From Sarea resinae (Eukaryota), in the NCBI GenBank assembly GCA_026026165.1, contig JAPEUD010000075.1, positions 62,001 to 115,805 on the forward strand: a stretch of DNA of 53,805 bases, given 5' to 3'. Below the pieces are notes generated by a model that had not been told where the DNA came from, did no database searches, and was given only the letters and a program-made list of their open reading frames with translations. A program made the position numbers and the translations under genes. This document shows positions 11,334-24,838 of this stretch, one piece after another. Positions within the stretch are counted from its first letter, which is position 1. Each line of letters begins with the position of its first letter.

Positions 11334-13710
11334 GGTTGCTTGCGATGTTTTGTCCGAGCAGATTGGCTCTTTCAGGGGTACAGGGAAGATGTAATAGGTG
11401 CTTCTTGGGTGCTGATGATGATGATGTTGTTATTGATGTTAATGGTGGTGGAGAGGTTGCTTCGCGTGGAGAGTGAGGTCAGGAAAAGTGAGGTGAGGTG
11501 GAATAACGACGAGGCCAGAGGAGAGAGCGAAGGTGAGACGAGGATGCAATGAATGTGGCCCTGTGTGTAGCATCAAGAGCAAGGCGGAAGACGAAAGCGA
11601 GTAAAGCGTGTGAATGATGTGTGTATGATCCGAGGTGTTATGCTCGAAACCCCGATAGCAAGCGGTAATGATCAATCACCGAGTGAGTGTACGAGGTAGG
11701 ATAGGTGCTAACAGAGAACATGATCAGTCTTTCTCATCAGAAATAGTATGCATTCACTTCGAATAAGCCGGCGCCATAAACTTTGACCTCGACATCGATT
11801 GAACAAATCCAACAGATAAGAAAGAATAGGTCAATTACCTCTGACACTTGCTACCGAGCAACACACTCCCACAGAGCACTCGATGCCGTCAATTGTAAGT
11901 GAGAGACTCCTCTAGCTCTTCAGAGCAAAACGTTGACCACAGCAGTCAGTCAAAACAAAGACGATAATAAAATCCCTCGAGTTCAACAGACAAGAACACA
12001 CGCGAACAGGGTGCTTTGCTTTCTTGCGACGAAAAGTACGGACGGACGGACGGTTACAGCAAAACATCAAAAACAGGGGCGTGGGCAGAGGCACAGATAT
12101 AGCACCTCTGTTTCGGTGCGGACGGCGTATGCAAATACGCTCGCATGTGCTCGCGGCATCGTTGGGACAGAGTGGCGGACAGAAAGACAGACAGGTGGGG
12201 GGGAAATAAGGCTTACTGCTGTCCGGGGGCGGGTGGAGGGAGGGAGAGAGAAGGGCAGGGAAGGGGGTTGGCACAGGCAACCGGCATTTGAAGTGAGGGC
12301 ATCAATCTCGATCCAGGGGACGAGGTTCATGTGTGGACCGAAGAAGAGAAGTGTGCAAGCTTGGGCGGATCTGCATATCTCCCTCCCTGCCTCCCTTTTT
12401 TTTTTCCTGTCCGCATCTTCTCCCCTTCAAATGCACGCGTGTCGTGTGCGAATACGTCAGGATGCCGGAAATGCGATCAACAGGGGCGCGTGTGTCCCCT
12501 CTCCTTCTTCTTCGAGCATCAAAGTGGCTTCTGTTAGATAGCCGTCGCACAACCCGGCTGGAGCCCTCTTAGAGAACCAAATAGCTACAATGACACCACC
12601 AGTATCAAGTCTTTTAAAACTACAGACTCAGCCGCGTCGAGTCGAGTCGCGTCCTGTGGTGTCGTGTTGCGCCATGCCATGCCGAATCCGATCACATCTC
12701 CGAAACCCTCAGCTCCGCTCACCGCATCAGCTTGGCCGCTGTCCGGATTGTGATATCTGAGATGTTCTGCCGTCGCGGGCGGGCCGCCGTCGCGTGGACA
12801 ACCATGACAACGACACCGACAATGACATGTCTCATAAGCTACCTACCTTACCTTACGCGGTACATGCGCGATACCGACGGTACTTGAAGGCAGGACAGAC
12901 AGGCTTAACTACGAGTCAAGTCTCCTAGGGGCCACACACCGCACACCGCACACCGCACACCACACCGGTGCACGGTACGAAGTATGTCGTTGGAAATGGA
13001 TGGATCCATCGTCGTTCCTGGCTAAAAGGGGCGCTAATGCGGCTACCAGGTAAGGGGCGTCAGGGCCAAGCCGCGGGCGTGGGCCGGGTACGCGAGAGTA
13101 CGGCCTGGTTGTCGATCTCAAACACCCGATCCACCTGTTATCCACTACTCGAGTATCATCCACCATCATCCGCCGGCGCAACATCGAGGCACGTCGCGGA
13201 GATACCCAGGCAGGCAGAAAGAACCTATTTATCACCCCCACTCGTAGTGTGATCGCGATGCAAGCACTTTAACATTACCTGCAAGCACTTTACGCGTCCT
13301 TGACGTCCGGCCCGGTCTTCATCCAGGGCGGCACCACCCACCAGCCACCTGCACTGACCAAGGTACTTTGTAACATAACATACTCCAGGCACCCAGCTCA
13401 TCATCATCATCATCATCATCATCACCTCACCGGACTCTAGGCAGCCATCGTCCTCAAGGGCCCCACCACACTACTCCTGCTCAACTCGTAGAGTACCTTA
13501 CTCTGCCTAAAGACGTTTTACAGCTCACCGACCTACTCTACTCATAGCACATCCATACACATCCATACACATCCCGTAAGAGTGCCGAGACCGACAACAA
13601 CAGTGACACCGCCAGTCAACGGGAGTGGTTGTCGCCCGAGGATCCAGAACACCGAGTCCCGCTCGCTCAGGGGTATGTATGTACGAGGGTTTTCGTAAAG
13701 TGGTTGCATG

Positions 13711-13757
13711 TGCATGGATGTGTGTGCATGGATGTGTGTGCATGGATGTGTGTGCAT
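13711..13757. repeat. 14-nt minisatellite (TGCATGGATGTGTG) x3.3
   Basis: Read directly from the sequence. Confidence 0.9.
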
Positions 13758-14671
13758 TTGTATCCATGGATACGGAGTAGAGTACGAAGTACATGTGCAG
13801 CAAACATCTGGGGGGGCGGGGGGAGGGGGGGGGGGGCGCTGGTAGATCGGTGCGAATCCCTCATTCTCATCACCTACCTTACCTAAGGTAGTCAACTCAT
13901 CTTATCACCTAGTCAACTCGTCGTATCATTATCCTATCTACCTCCCTACCGTACGCAATCCGCACTCGCACTGCATCAATACAACTCTAGTCCAGTCCAG
14001 TCCATCGTAGAAGACATCAACAGATCCAATCCATCCCTCCATTCATAAACATCTGACGGATCCATCCATCCGACGGAAAAACCAGCATGCCGATCGCCGC
14101 GGTCCGCGAACGTCCTGTTCGACGTTGGGACGTTCGGGGCGCACCGAGGGCCGGCTGCGCGGGCGCGGGGCGGCGGTCATGCCGGGGTACGCATCCATGT
14201 GAGAGGAGATGAGATGAGATGGCTTGTTGGATCGGCAGGTTGTGTGGATGAGGCGGTGATGGCGGTGTGGCGTTGCGCGCGCAGATGAGACGAGGGATTC
14301 ATCGAAGACGGGATTGGGGATGGGGATGCTGGGGTAGTGAGTGTCGTGTAGGCTCTTTGGATGGGGGGCGAGGGGGCGAGGGAGAGGGAGGGAGAGGGTC
14401 AATGATTCTCAAGGCATGTTCAAGTCAGCGGGGCTGTTCATGAGAGTCAACGTCCTAGAAGGGTAATCCCTCATTTCGACTAGGAAAAAAGCTAGCTAGA
14501 GAGTTGACAACCTTGGAGCGTCATCCGTCTCCGTCAGGCTCAATAGAATGTCTGGAAAGAAAACACCCGGCGCGCCGATCAAGCCCAGATCCCCATCCCC
14601 ATGCCCATACCCAATCGCACTATCCGAAAGACTTTGCGTTCACAGCTCGAAAGACGGCCCACCAGCCACGC

Positions 14672-15733
14672 TCAATCGTCGAACTCGCTGTCGTGTCCGC
14701 CGATACCACTGTTTTCTTCTCCGTAGCCGCCGAGATGTCCGTAAACGCCGTCAATGGCCTCGTTCTCCTCATCCTCCTCGGCGTCGAGGGCGGGATCGTA
14801 GGACTCCATCTTGACACGGATGATCTTGGCACGCTTGCTGGGTGTCATGTCGTTGATGCCTACGCCCCCTTCCTCGTCATCCTCGTAATCGTCGCCGAGC
14901 TTGAGCTGGTTACCGTCAGTGCGAGCGAGGCCGTTGCCGACGCCATCGCAGTCGTACGAGGTTGAGGTGCCGGTAGAATCGCGAGCGAACTTGAAGAGAG
15001 AGCCGTTGACACCGAGACCGTCGGACATGAGGTTTCGCGCTTCCCTAAAGGAGACATTGCCAACAGCGCCACCCGCGTATTCGAGCTCGTCCTCTTCATC
15101 CTTGGCCGAGGCTTTACGAGAACGGCCACGAGTGCCTTTGGTGGATGAAGGTGTCTGAACGCCGAAAGGGTCCTCGTCGTCGACAGAGAAACCGTTCGCG
15201 AACTCGTTCTTGACGGCGGAGCCTTCAGTCTTGAAAGACTTGGGCGTGGCAGTTTTCTTGGCTGGCGTCCCCTTTGACGTAGGAGTCTTCAGCAGGCCAT
15301 TGTTGGTGCGCTTGCGGGGAGTCGTAGGAGTAGAGCCCGACGTGCCCTTTCCGACGGAGAAGTTGCCGGCACCGTTGGCTTTGGCGTCCTTGCGGATCTT
15401 GACCAGACGTTCAGTGATGGCACGCGCTGTGGGCGTTTCGCGGTCACTGGCTAGAGGGAAGTTAGTGTATTGCAATATAGAGGGCACTGTGACCTGTCGG
15501 CTTGGGCGGGGTGAAGCGGAATACGCAGATGAGAAAGGCATCGACGAGAAAACAAAATTGATAGGACTTACGCCATGCTACGACGATCTTCTTGGGATCG
15601 ACGCTGATCTCGTGGGTCTCGAGGATTTTTAGAAGGAGCTGTTTGTCCAGTAAGCTTCAAGAGGTCGACACAATATGAGACGAGAGGGGAGACGTACGAT
15701 CTGGTCGACCTCGGGGGTCCACTTCACAGGCAT
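14672..15733 (-). CDS. Cluster gene B: Myb/SANT-like domain plus TP-rich basic/acidic tail, ~293 aa; exons 15733-15698, 15638-15572, 15450-14672
   Basis: MPVKWTPEVDQI|LLLKILETHEISVDPKKIVVAW(P)|SDRETPTARAITERLVKIRK. Canonical GTACGT and GTAAGT donors. Probable 5'UTR intron at 15821-15755. Confidence 0.88.
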
Positions 15734-17752
15734 CTTGAGTATTTCCCAGAGAAGCTGTGGGAAGAGTGAGTATTTGACATGTAGAAGAAGTAAAAGGTCA
15801 AAGGGCAGGGGAGCAACATACCAGGTTCGGATTGAGATGGTACGAGTGAAGGTTGGGTAAGATGAAAAGAACTTGGATAATTTGAGAGAAGTAAGTCCTT
15901 GAGTTGATAGGATCCAAGTGACCTTGAGTAAGTCAAGAGGGGTGAAGAGGGAAAGGAAGTGCAGTGTCAATGTATGTGTGAAGAGTGTGTTAGAGAAGGT
16001 CAGGCAAAGTGAACGGAGGATAGAAGAAACAGAGGCAGAGGTAGAGGCGAAGAGAAGAGAAGAGGCAATGGAAAGAGAGGTAGAGCGTCGGCAGGTCAGC
16101 ATCAATGCTGTGCTTCAATTAGTGTGCAGTGTTCTATGCAAGTGGCAGGATAGGACACTCGATACTAATGCTCCGTTCAGGTCCTCTGCCCGTGGGAGAC
16201 ACTTTGGGAGTGGTGATATCAACGGTGATAAGTTCTTGCACTGAAAGCTCAAGATAAGAAGAATGAAGGCCAATCCGGCATCTAATGCATCTCATGCATG
16301 CGGCAACATCTATCACTTTTGCCTTCTACACATACATTCATGTCCGTGAAAAGAGGATTTGTGCTCAATTGGGGGATCACAGTGACAGCCGGAGGATCAG
16401 GGAGGGGAGGAGAGAGAGGCGGGACTCGACATGGCCGAGCAAGGGCCTGGTCCCGGTACATTCCAAACCCCTGATCGACAGCCGTCATACCCTCGCGTGG
16501 CTAGGGGCAGCCCGCAGGGACGAGGTACCTGCATGTCGCTCGTCCTCCGGTCTCGAGTACCCCCACCACCCACCACCCGCCACAAGTACCCGCCCGTCGC
16601 CCTCACCCCTCTCCTCTCCTCTCCTCTCCTGCGCTTCTCACGACATCTTGTCGACACCATGTACAGACCACGTCCCCTTGCCTGGCACCAGGCTCAAAGC
16701 AGCGCCCCTCAGGAAATGAGAGGAGGCCCAAGATGTGAGCTGTGATCTCGGATTGTGAGCTGTGTGCGTCAAGGCTGCCTGGCGGGCATGACTCACGTAA
16801 ATGCACTCGAGTCTCACAGGAATCCGTTGCTGCAGCATCACTGCAGATCTGTGATTGACTTTGTTCCCCTGATGAGCCCCTGGACCGAGCATCCCAGAGG
16901 ATGGCCATGCTGGTCGGTACTTGGCCGCTACAGACCATCGTCCCGCTTTTCGCGGCGGTCGGCTCCCTCGTACGGATGCCTGCGGCTGATTGCCTTGTAT
17001 CAATGTGCTTGACCAACTACTACTACTCGGACTAGCATCTCCGGAGTGGAAGCTTCACGCACGGCGCTGCACCGCGATAACATGTCGAGTCCTCTCAGGC
17101 AATTCAAGCACGAGGGACCAAGAGGCGTTCATGCTGATGCATCAGGCAGCGAGTACAGGCATATGGCGACGATGTTGGAAAAGTTGGCTCGATGGCATCC
17201 GCATCCGTGCCCATTCAATTGACTCGACTCTTCAAGCCGTATTCACCGAGATCCATTGATGATTCTACTTCTGTACCTCTTGTTCGAATGTTATTCGAAG
17301 AGAGGCCAACTCTCTCGGAACCTGCTGCTCTTGCACTGTGACCACTTCACCACCGGTTGAGGTCTTCATATCTTGCCTCAACCTCTCTCTGTTCTTCTGG
17401 CCGATCTTTCTCTCGTCACTTGTTCCGCTTGTGACCTTGATATCCCTCCTCATACTGCCTCTCCTTTCTACTCTACCCTGCTACGTCTCTGACTCTTCGG
17501 CTTCTTGAAGAGTCGCCTACGTTTTCGTTCTGCTTGCTACCTCTTACTTACAACTTGTCTCCCGATCCTCGAATCGTTTCACTCTAAACACACGTTTTCA
17601 TCTCTTTGATCCCCGCTACCAGTTATCTGAACAGTGGTCAACAGAGGTATTGTCTCTCCCGTTCAGCCCGCCTGGTGTCATATGCCACTCAACTCTCACC
17701 CCACTGCTCACCCCTGTCACACCCAAGCTGACCGTTCATGCCAGATCTAAAG

Positions 17753-18822
17753 ATGCCGAAAGGACAAGCGATCATCCGCTGGGACGCAGCGAATGATGCG
17801 AAGCTGCTAAAGCTCATCTGCAAGCTCCAGGGAAACGACCTTAAGAAAGACGAGATCGCCAAGGCATGGGGTAACGAACCGTTTTCCATTCACTGCAAAC
17901 CTTACATGGCTTTCTTTACGCGTGACTGAAGCTCGCTTCTTTTTTTGATGTTCTTTCTGTCATTCAGCCCCCGCTAATGAGAGCAATACGCACAGGTCCC
18001 GACGTACCAACCTTTTGCATCTCCAAGCGTATCAACAAACTCAAAAAAGAAGACGCCAACGGCACAGCCGGCACTCCGGTCAAGTCGACCACGACCACGA
18101 ACAGCAACGGCAAGCGCGCGGCGAAGCCAGCCAAAGGAGCCGCAACCTCACGTACGAAGAAAGCCAAAAAGGAAGTGACCGATGAAGCCGAAAGCTCCGA
18201 TGGCGAAGATGACGTTGCCATGGCCTACAAACAAGAGGTCAAAGACGAAGATGGCTCTGGCGACGACCCTGAAGCCAACCCACTCAACGAGCTCATCGCC
18301 GCCGTAGGAGCCGCCAAGGCCACCAACCTCGGCATCGACGACGACGAGGACGACTACGATGAGGACTTTGCCCCGCGCACCCCGACGACCAAGAAGTCCA
18401 CCCCATCCAACACCACCCCATCCGGCCTCATCACGCCGCCGACGCTGACTCGGAAAGCGAAAGCGAGCGCGACTAGCGGTCGTCAGTTCACGCCGAGCCA
18501 CGCCAAGGCGAAGGCCCAGCCAAAGGCTCAACAACCCAAGCCGGTCGCTTTGACCAAACGCTCCTCGCCCCGCTCGGTCAAGAAGATCGACTACAAGCAG
18601 GCCTACGTGGACCTGGATGCCAGTGACGACTACGATGACTGCGATGACTTCGACGACGAGGTTCCGGAGAACAAGCTCGCTGGTTCCGGTTCCGGTTCCG
18701 GTCTTTGTCTCGGCGAGGAGATGGTCTCTGAGACCTCTGACGGGGCCGACGATGATTCTGACGCCTATGTCGAGGCGGACGACGACGTCGACGTCGAGGA
18801 CGACATGATGATGAGGGTTTAG
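17753..18822 (+). CDS. Cluster gene C: Myb/SANT-like domain plus disordered tail, ~314 aa; exons 17753-17870, 17996-18822
   Basis: MPKGQAIIRWDAANDAKLLKLICKLQGNDLKKDEIAKAW(G)|PDVPTFCISKRINKLKK. Intron GTAACG...GCTAAT...CAG. Probable 5'UTR intron at 17647-17744. Confidence 0.85.
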
Positions 18823-19422
18823 GGAGACGCTTTGGGCGTGGAGCCGAGGAAGCGCGGGAGAGTGAGCAAGCCTGGTCAGGCAATCTAGGGGTCAAGCACA
18901 GACTATGTATGATCTGCGGAGAGACGGAGGAAGGTTGTCTTATTCTTCCTTTCCCTTTTCCCTCCTCTTCTTCTTCTCCCTTTCCATGCTTTATTAGTCT
19001 CTCACCCTTTCTTCCTCCCTCCCTCTTACGTTATCGTTCTGCCTATTCTCTTTATCGCTGAATTACTATCAGCTAGCTAGCGAAGGTACCTTAGGCAAGG
19101 AACACAGTAGCGAATAAAATCAAAGAAACAGTAACAAATCCGTATCCGTCTTTCAGGCCTGGTATATATCCTCTTCTTCACTATCTGCTACTCTCCTTAT
19201 CCCTCAGACGACGATTAGCCACCTAACTACCTCTAGCGAGGAAATAAAAAGACAAGAAAAGACAAGAAAAGCACCTAAAGAGAGAAAAAGAAGAAAAGAG
19301 ATCAAGGACCTAAGGCGATGGTTACAGTTATAGTTATCTATACCAAATCTAAACACGTACACAGTGTGTGCAGCCTAGATCAAGGTAGGTATAGTTGACT
19401 TCCTCTCTGTTATTTTCTTATG

Positions 19423-19520
19423 TGCTCTTCTTCTATTTGCTTCTTCTTCTATTTGCTTCTTCTTCTACTTGCTTCTTCTTCTACTTGCTTCTTCTTCTAC
19501 TTGCTTCTTCTGCTACTTAC
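19423..19520. repeat. 16-nt minisatellite (TTGCTTCTTCTTCTAY), about 6 copies
   Basis: Read directly from the sequence. Confidence 0.85.
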
Positions 19521-19747
19521 TTACTTCTTACTGCTCTACCTTAAACGTCTTAGCATAGCAACATACCCTAGGTAGGTGACTAGAATGAATTTTTAGAACT
19601 CAGTAGAGAGCTAGAGAGTTAAAAGACTAAGGTAAGTAAGGTAGAGAATCAAGGTGATTAGAATTGTAATTACCTATGATAGAGATAAAGAGCTAAGAGG
19701 TAAGAGATAGGTTAGGGCTAGACTCTGTCTACAATATTCTCCTGCCT

Positions 19748-19750
<3 letters not shown>

Positions 19751-19805
<55 letters not shown>
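19751..19805. repeat. (TC)n microsatellite
   Basis: About 27 perfect TC units. Confidence 0.95.
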
Positions 19806-19808
<3 letters not shown>

Positions 19809-20362
19809 AAGGTATATAGGTAGATATCAAGATATAAGATATGAGATACACAAATGAATATCGCCTTTTCAACCAGACGAAAAATTAGGTAGGTACCTTA
19901 GGAGGTAGGAAGGAAAGATTTAGTGATTAAAGATCAAAGATCTTCTTTCTCTAGAGGTAAGTTTCTCGCTTGCTGTTGTGATTTTTGAGTTTGGCTTTAG
20001 TGGGGGTTATTGGGCGTTGGTTTTGTTTTCTTTCATTGGATTGGATTGGATATGATTGGATTTGATCTGATTTATACCGCTTGCTGAAGAGACTTGAGAT
20101 AAACTTAACTAAACCGAACCGAACCTCTTCCATCACCCATGCGTCCTGTTTGCTGTGTCATGATTTTGTTTTCCTTTCTTCCTGGTTTACCGTACCGGCT
20201 GGACGGGACTCCAATACCGTGGGCGCGATAGGGTACGATGGGATCAAACACGATAGGATGGGGGCCAACTTTTCAGGAAGACGGGAAAAGAAGGGGAGAA
20301 CGCAGGAAGCAAGCACCGCAGAGCCGAGCCGACCTCATTCAGGTTGAAAGCCAGACGAGGAC

Positions 20363-21431
20363 CTAAGCGGCGTGGTCAAGTTTGATCTTCTTCTCAGGCG
20401 AGCCGGCAGCGCCACCGTCGACATGGCCGTGCTCATCCTCCGAGGAAGCGTAGCCGTTGTCCCCGTCGGCCACCATGCCAGCGGTACAGTGCTTGCCACC
20501 GTCAGTGCCAGCGCCAGAGCCAGCGCCATCGGCACCAGACGCGTTGCCGTTGTCGTCAATGTGCTCCTCGGGGGCCTGGTCGGCGGCAGCAGCAGTAGCC
20601 AACATGGCGGCAGCCTGAGCCGCAGCTTCAGCCTCGGCTTTCTTGGCCGCGGCCTTGAGAGCCCGGGGACCCTGGCCCTTGGGAGCGCGCTTGCGTTTGG
20701 GTGTCTCGGCGACTGTGATGGAAGAGGGCGAGCCAGCGGCAGTAGAAGCAGCAGCAGCGGCTCCCTCGTCTTCTTCGCCGGCGGCGGTGGCTTTGCCCTT
20801 GGCTTTGGACGGGGTGGTGGCTTTGGCTCGGGGCTTGCGGGCGGCCTTGGCCTTGGTGGGAGTGACGGGCTCGGGGCCGGTGGTGGCGGTGTTGTCGTCG
20901 TCATTGCCGCCTTGGGAGTTGCTGCCGTTGGCCTCGTTATCGGCTTCGGCGCCCAAGCTGCGGATCTTGGCAATGCGATGGGTGATGGCCTTTGGGGTTA
21001 CATCTGCGATGTGTAAGCTGACTGGAAGTGACGAGAAAATAGGATTAAGAAAGCAGAGGTGAGGTAAAAGATTATCAGGCAGAACATGACTGGATGAGTG
21101 AATATCATGAACAAAGTTGGGACGATACGAGAGGCAAAACTGTTCAGAAAAAAGCAAAAGGAAAAGCAAAAGTGACAAGAAAGGCTCACCTTCGCCCATA
21201 GCAGCAGCAAGGGCCTTGTAGTCAAGCTTGACATTGTGGATCCTAAGGACGTGAGTGAACAGCTAGAGACAGAAGAGTCGGTCAGCAGTGCTAGGTCAAC
21301 ATCAAATGAAGTGACAGCGACAAAAGGGCCGAAATGAGACCAGAATCAAGATTGGAATAAAACTGCTGAAGAGATGGGCAGACAGAGCATAGACTTACAC
21401 GGAGATCCGCCTTTTCGTTCCAATTTACCAT
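20363..21431 (-). CDS. Cluster gene D: Myb/SANT-like domain plus K/A/T/P-rich (histone H1-like) tail, ~248 aa; exons 21431-21399, 21262-21190, 21003-20363
   Basis: MVNWNEKADLR|LFTHVLRIHNVKLDYKALAAAMGE(D)|VTPKAITHRIAKIRS. GTAAGT and GTGAGC donors; GCTGAC and GCTTAC branch sites. Confidence 0.88.
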
Positions 21432-24007
21432 CTTGGCCGTTGTCTTCTGGTTCAGAGTTCGTGGAGAGGGTTCGATGGTTTGGTGGTGGGGACGGTATGG
21501 AGAGGAAGAGGGATGAATCCAGGTGCGTGCGGTGCAGAAGGATGAATTTAAGAAATCAGATGGGGTCCACGAAGGCTCGAGGATGGGGCCGGGTCAACGT
21601 GGTGAATGGTGTCGAGCAAGCGAGTGTTAGGAGGGCTGATTGAGATGATTTGATTATCAACGTCGAGGGTATGCCATTCACTGTGTGTTATTCGTGTTTG
21701 GCGGCATCATCCACCGTGGTTGCGTGAGAATGGCGGAAGAGAGATGGTGAGAGACGACAATCAGTCTGATCCGTATCATGCTCCCGACCTAGAAAGGAAT
21801 CATCGCAATACTGTGGATGATTCCAGCATTCCTCTACATGGCTGATCATGACTACCGGCTTCGACACGTACAATACTGTTGTAATGAGTATATTGAGGAG
21901 CCTTGAGAGTGTTGCGATACCAAAAGAGTAGTCATGCGCGTGATATGGTTTCACTTAGTAGAAGCTCTCTATTACATCATTTCGCGGCGCCCAACGAAGA
22001 TTGTAAGGCAAAACAAGGCTGCGAAATAGGACTGTGGCCCGAACAGCAAGCCGCAAGGAAGATGATCATTTTGGGAAAAGATCTGAAATTCCGGCTACCA
22101 AGCCCGGTGGATACAATTAACGATTGTGGGTGCTGCCCGGCCAGCGGGGATTTCAGAGATGTCCTCAGTCTGGGGCGGGCTTTCGCTCCGAGCAATATAA
22201 AGACAAATAGCAACCTTCAACGGGGGCTAGATGGTTTTTCGAAAACATTGACTGGACATGCAATCATCATTCTGGATAATGGAAGGTCCGCTGGACTCTG
22301 GAGATCCCGTCCTAAGTTCAGAATCGTCAGAATGGACAGACTCGTCGCCGATAGAGTCGTTCCTTGGGTGATCATCGGTGTCCTATCGGTCTCCATACCC
22401 CTTTTGCATCACAGCTATTACAATAAGGTCTGGTCATCTTGGTGTGTCCTTGAAGTCGCCATTGGGACAAGCTGATAAGGCTTTCGTGGCTCCGGCGTCT
22501 TCGTAGCAAGCGGCTCATCCTAGAAGACCTCAGGAAGTTGAAATGTCAGTGTGTAGAGTCAAATCGAGTTGAGTATAGGGAGCATATAGAAGGGCGGGCT
22601 GGCTATCAATGTCTGGTTACTGGTATAACAGGTTTAGACATTGGTCTTCTGTGGCGTTGGGCGTGGTGAGCCGGAGTCTGCCACGCTTGAGAGTGGGGCA
22701 CCAAAAGGACTGATGGGCGACGACTTGCACGTATTAACGGCAGATAGATGATGAGAAATATCTCAGAAAGGGGTATTGCAGGCTTTTGACTAAGATACTG
22801 CAAAGACTGGAATCCAACGAGATTTGCCCCCCAAGACACTTTCCTTGTTCGGCTACATGTTATCTTCCGTAAGGAGACCAGCTCATCGGTGCAGAGGTCG
22901 AGGTCAAATAAAGTCGTCTGGAGTGTCATGGAAGTATTCGTGGACCCTCTTGACAGTAGCAGCAGTGCATTCATAAAAGGGGCAGCTTGAGCTATAGGTG
23001 AGGTATACGAGCCTACCTTGGCGTACGGAGACATACTTGAGGGTACTTCGATGCCATATTCATCAAAGAACTGATATCACTTCCGATCAATCCGGATAGC
23101 AAACATTCTGGCTTGCCGGTGGACATAGATCACAGTGTTCCGAGATGCGTCATGCAGCTCTGTCGGGGTTGGGATCAGGTTCACGTCAAGTTTGCACGGA
23201 TGCCGATCTTTCGTCGAGGGGGCTTTTAGGGGTCTCTCGGGCTTGTCCGGGGGGCTGTACTGTCATGTACCGGCGAAGTCTCCGATTGCAGGTGCCATGG
23301 CGATGGATGGCGAAGAAGACAGGGCGATATCAGATGGCCAGAATAGCGGTGTGACGGTCAGAATCCAGCGTTGGCTGTTGCTGTTGGCTGTCGACTGTTG
23401 TCGTGGCTTTCCCGTCATTATTCTTCTTTACTCCGTACAGTCGTCCATGCTTGAGCGTTCTTTGTTCTCTTGCAGCGATAAGCTTAAAGCCATGCATGGA
23501 TCTTTCCACCCTTCTATCTTCTAGCTTCTCGCTTCCGCCCTCCCGCTTCGCGCCGTTACCCGCCCCCGCAGCCGCAAGTCATTGTCCCCACCCTACTGCC
23601 ACCGCCGCCGATCAAAGCAGATCAGGATCTACGTCTCAGACTCCCCATCTAAGAAAACCGGCAAACGTCGTCGTACACCTGCAGCTCTTCCGTCCCTTCT
23701 GATCTGTTCGATTCTGACCTCCCGCACCTGTATCCGTAGAAGCAAACGGAAATGGAGCCTCGCACGGTTCACAGACCTCATTTATTTACACCTGGCCCTC
23801 ACCCACTTTCACCGTGCATCTTCAACGCTCGAACAGCCTTTCAGCCAAATTTAGCTGGTCAGACTGTGCAGCTCTCCCCTGGAACCAATTCGCTCTGATA
23901 CCTTACCTTACTCTTCGTGCTCGTCACCCCTTGTCCCTAAGCTCCAGTTTTTCTGGTCCGTTACCAAGAAACCAGACAATCTGGCGAGCCTCAGGAGGTC
24001 AAAGGCC

Positions 24008-24838
24008 ATGCCTACCGATGGTGCGACTGCCAAGTTTCTATACACCATACTCAAGCAACTGGACTTGAAATGTGTATGTCCAGCGAATGCCACGTTCCCA
24101 CTCTACAACGAAAAACCTTCCTCACTGACTCCATCACAGATCGATTGGAACTTGGTAGCCTCTCAACTTGAAATCACCAATGGCCATGCCGCCCGCATGC
24201 GCTTTTCACGCTTCAAGCAGCACATGGAAGGCGTGAATCCCAATCCCCGCCGCCGTGTCGCAGGCACAAGCCCTCCCGGCTCTTCCAACCGTCCCTCCAA
24301 AAAGTCCAAGGCCAAAGCCAAACTCGAAAAGAATGGAACGCCCCCTGCAGTCGCCAACACAGGGTCCGACTCTGAGACGCGCGACTGCAAGAAGAATATA
24401 CTAAAGGAGTTCCAGGGTAGTTCGGCGGCAGCAGCCGGTGACGCTGATGATGAGGCTGGGTCGAGAACAAGCGCTGGTGCTACAACGCCGGGAATGTTTC
24501 CTCCCGAACCCATGACTCCACCCCCCGCTTTCAACTTTGGTACTACCCTTCATGTCAAAGATGAGCATATGGAGGACTCCTTTGGATTTGGAAATCCTTT
24601 TGCTGGCGCCGAAGCCCAAGGTCCTTTCGATTTTACTGCCACACAGTCTCCTCTCGGACCTTCGGATTCCTCTCGCATGGTGGACCGCAGTGATTTTGGG
24701 CCTTTTGGTGGCAATTACCCTCCTGTTTCAATGGAGTCGGGTATGGCAATGCAGGAGATTGCGCAAGGGGTTGGGCAACGTGTTGGACTGATGCGCACGG
24801 GGAGGGTCAAGATCGAGCCTGATTGGGAAGAAGAATAA
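24008..24838 (+). CDS. Cluster gene E: fungal Myb-like domain (F-type), ~254 aa; exons 24008-24073, 24140-24838
   Basis: MPTDGATAKFLYTILKQLDLKC|IDWNLVASQLEITNGHAARMRFSRFKQHMEG. The 66-nt intron is GTATGT...CTGAC...CAG. Confidence 0.9.
   Translation: MPTDGATAKFLYTILKQLDLKCVCPANATFPLYNEKPSSLTPSQIDWNLVASQLEITNGHAARMRFSRFKQHMEGVNPNPRRRVAGTSPPGSSNRPSKKSKAKAKLEKNGTPPAVANTGSDSETRDCKKNILKEFQGSSAAAAGDADDEAGSRTSAGATTPGMFPPEPMTPPPAFNFGTTLHVKDEHMEDSFGFGNPFAGAEAQGPFDFTATQSPLGPSDSSRMVDRSDFGPFGGNYPPVSMESGMAMQEIAQGVGQRVGLMRTGRVKIEPDWEEE

Noticed and set aside
19423..19520. Regular repeat array resembling CRISPR
   Set aside because: Head-to-tail minisatellite with no unique spacers, in a eukaryotic context with no cas genes.
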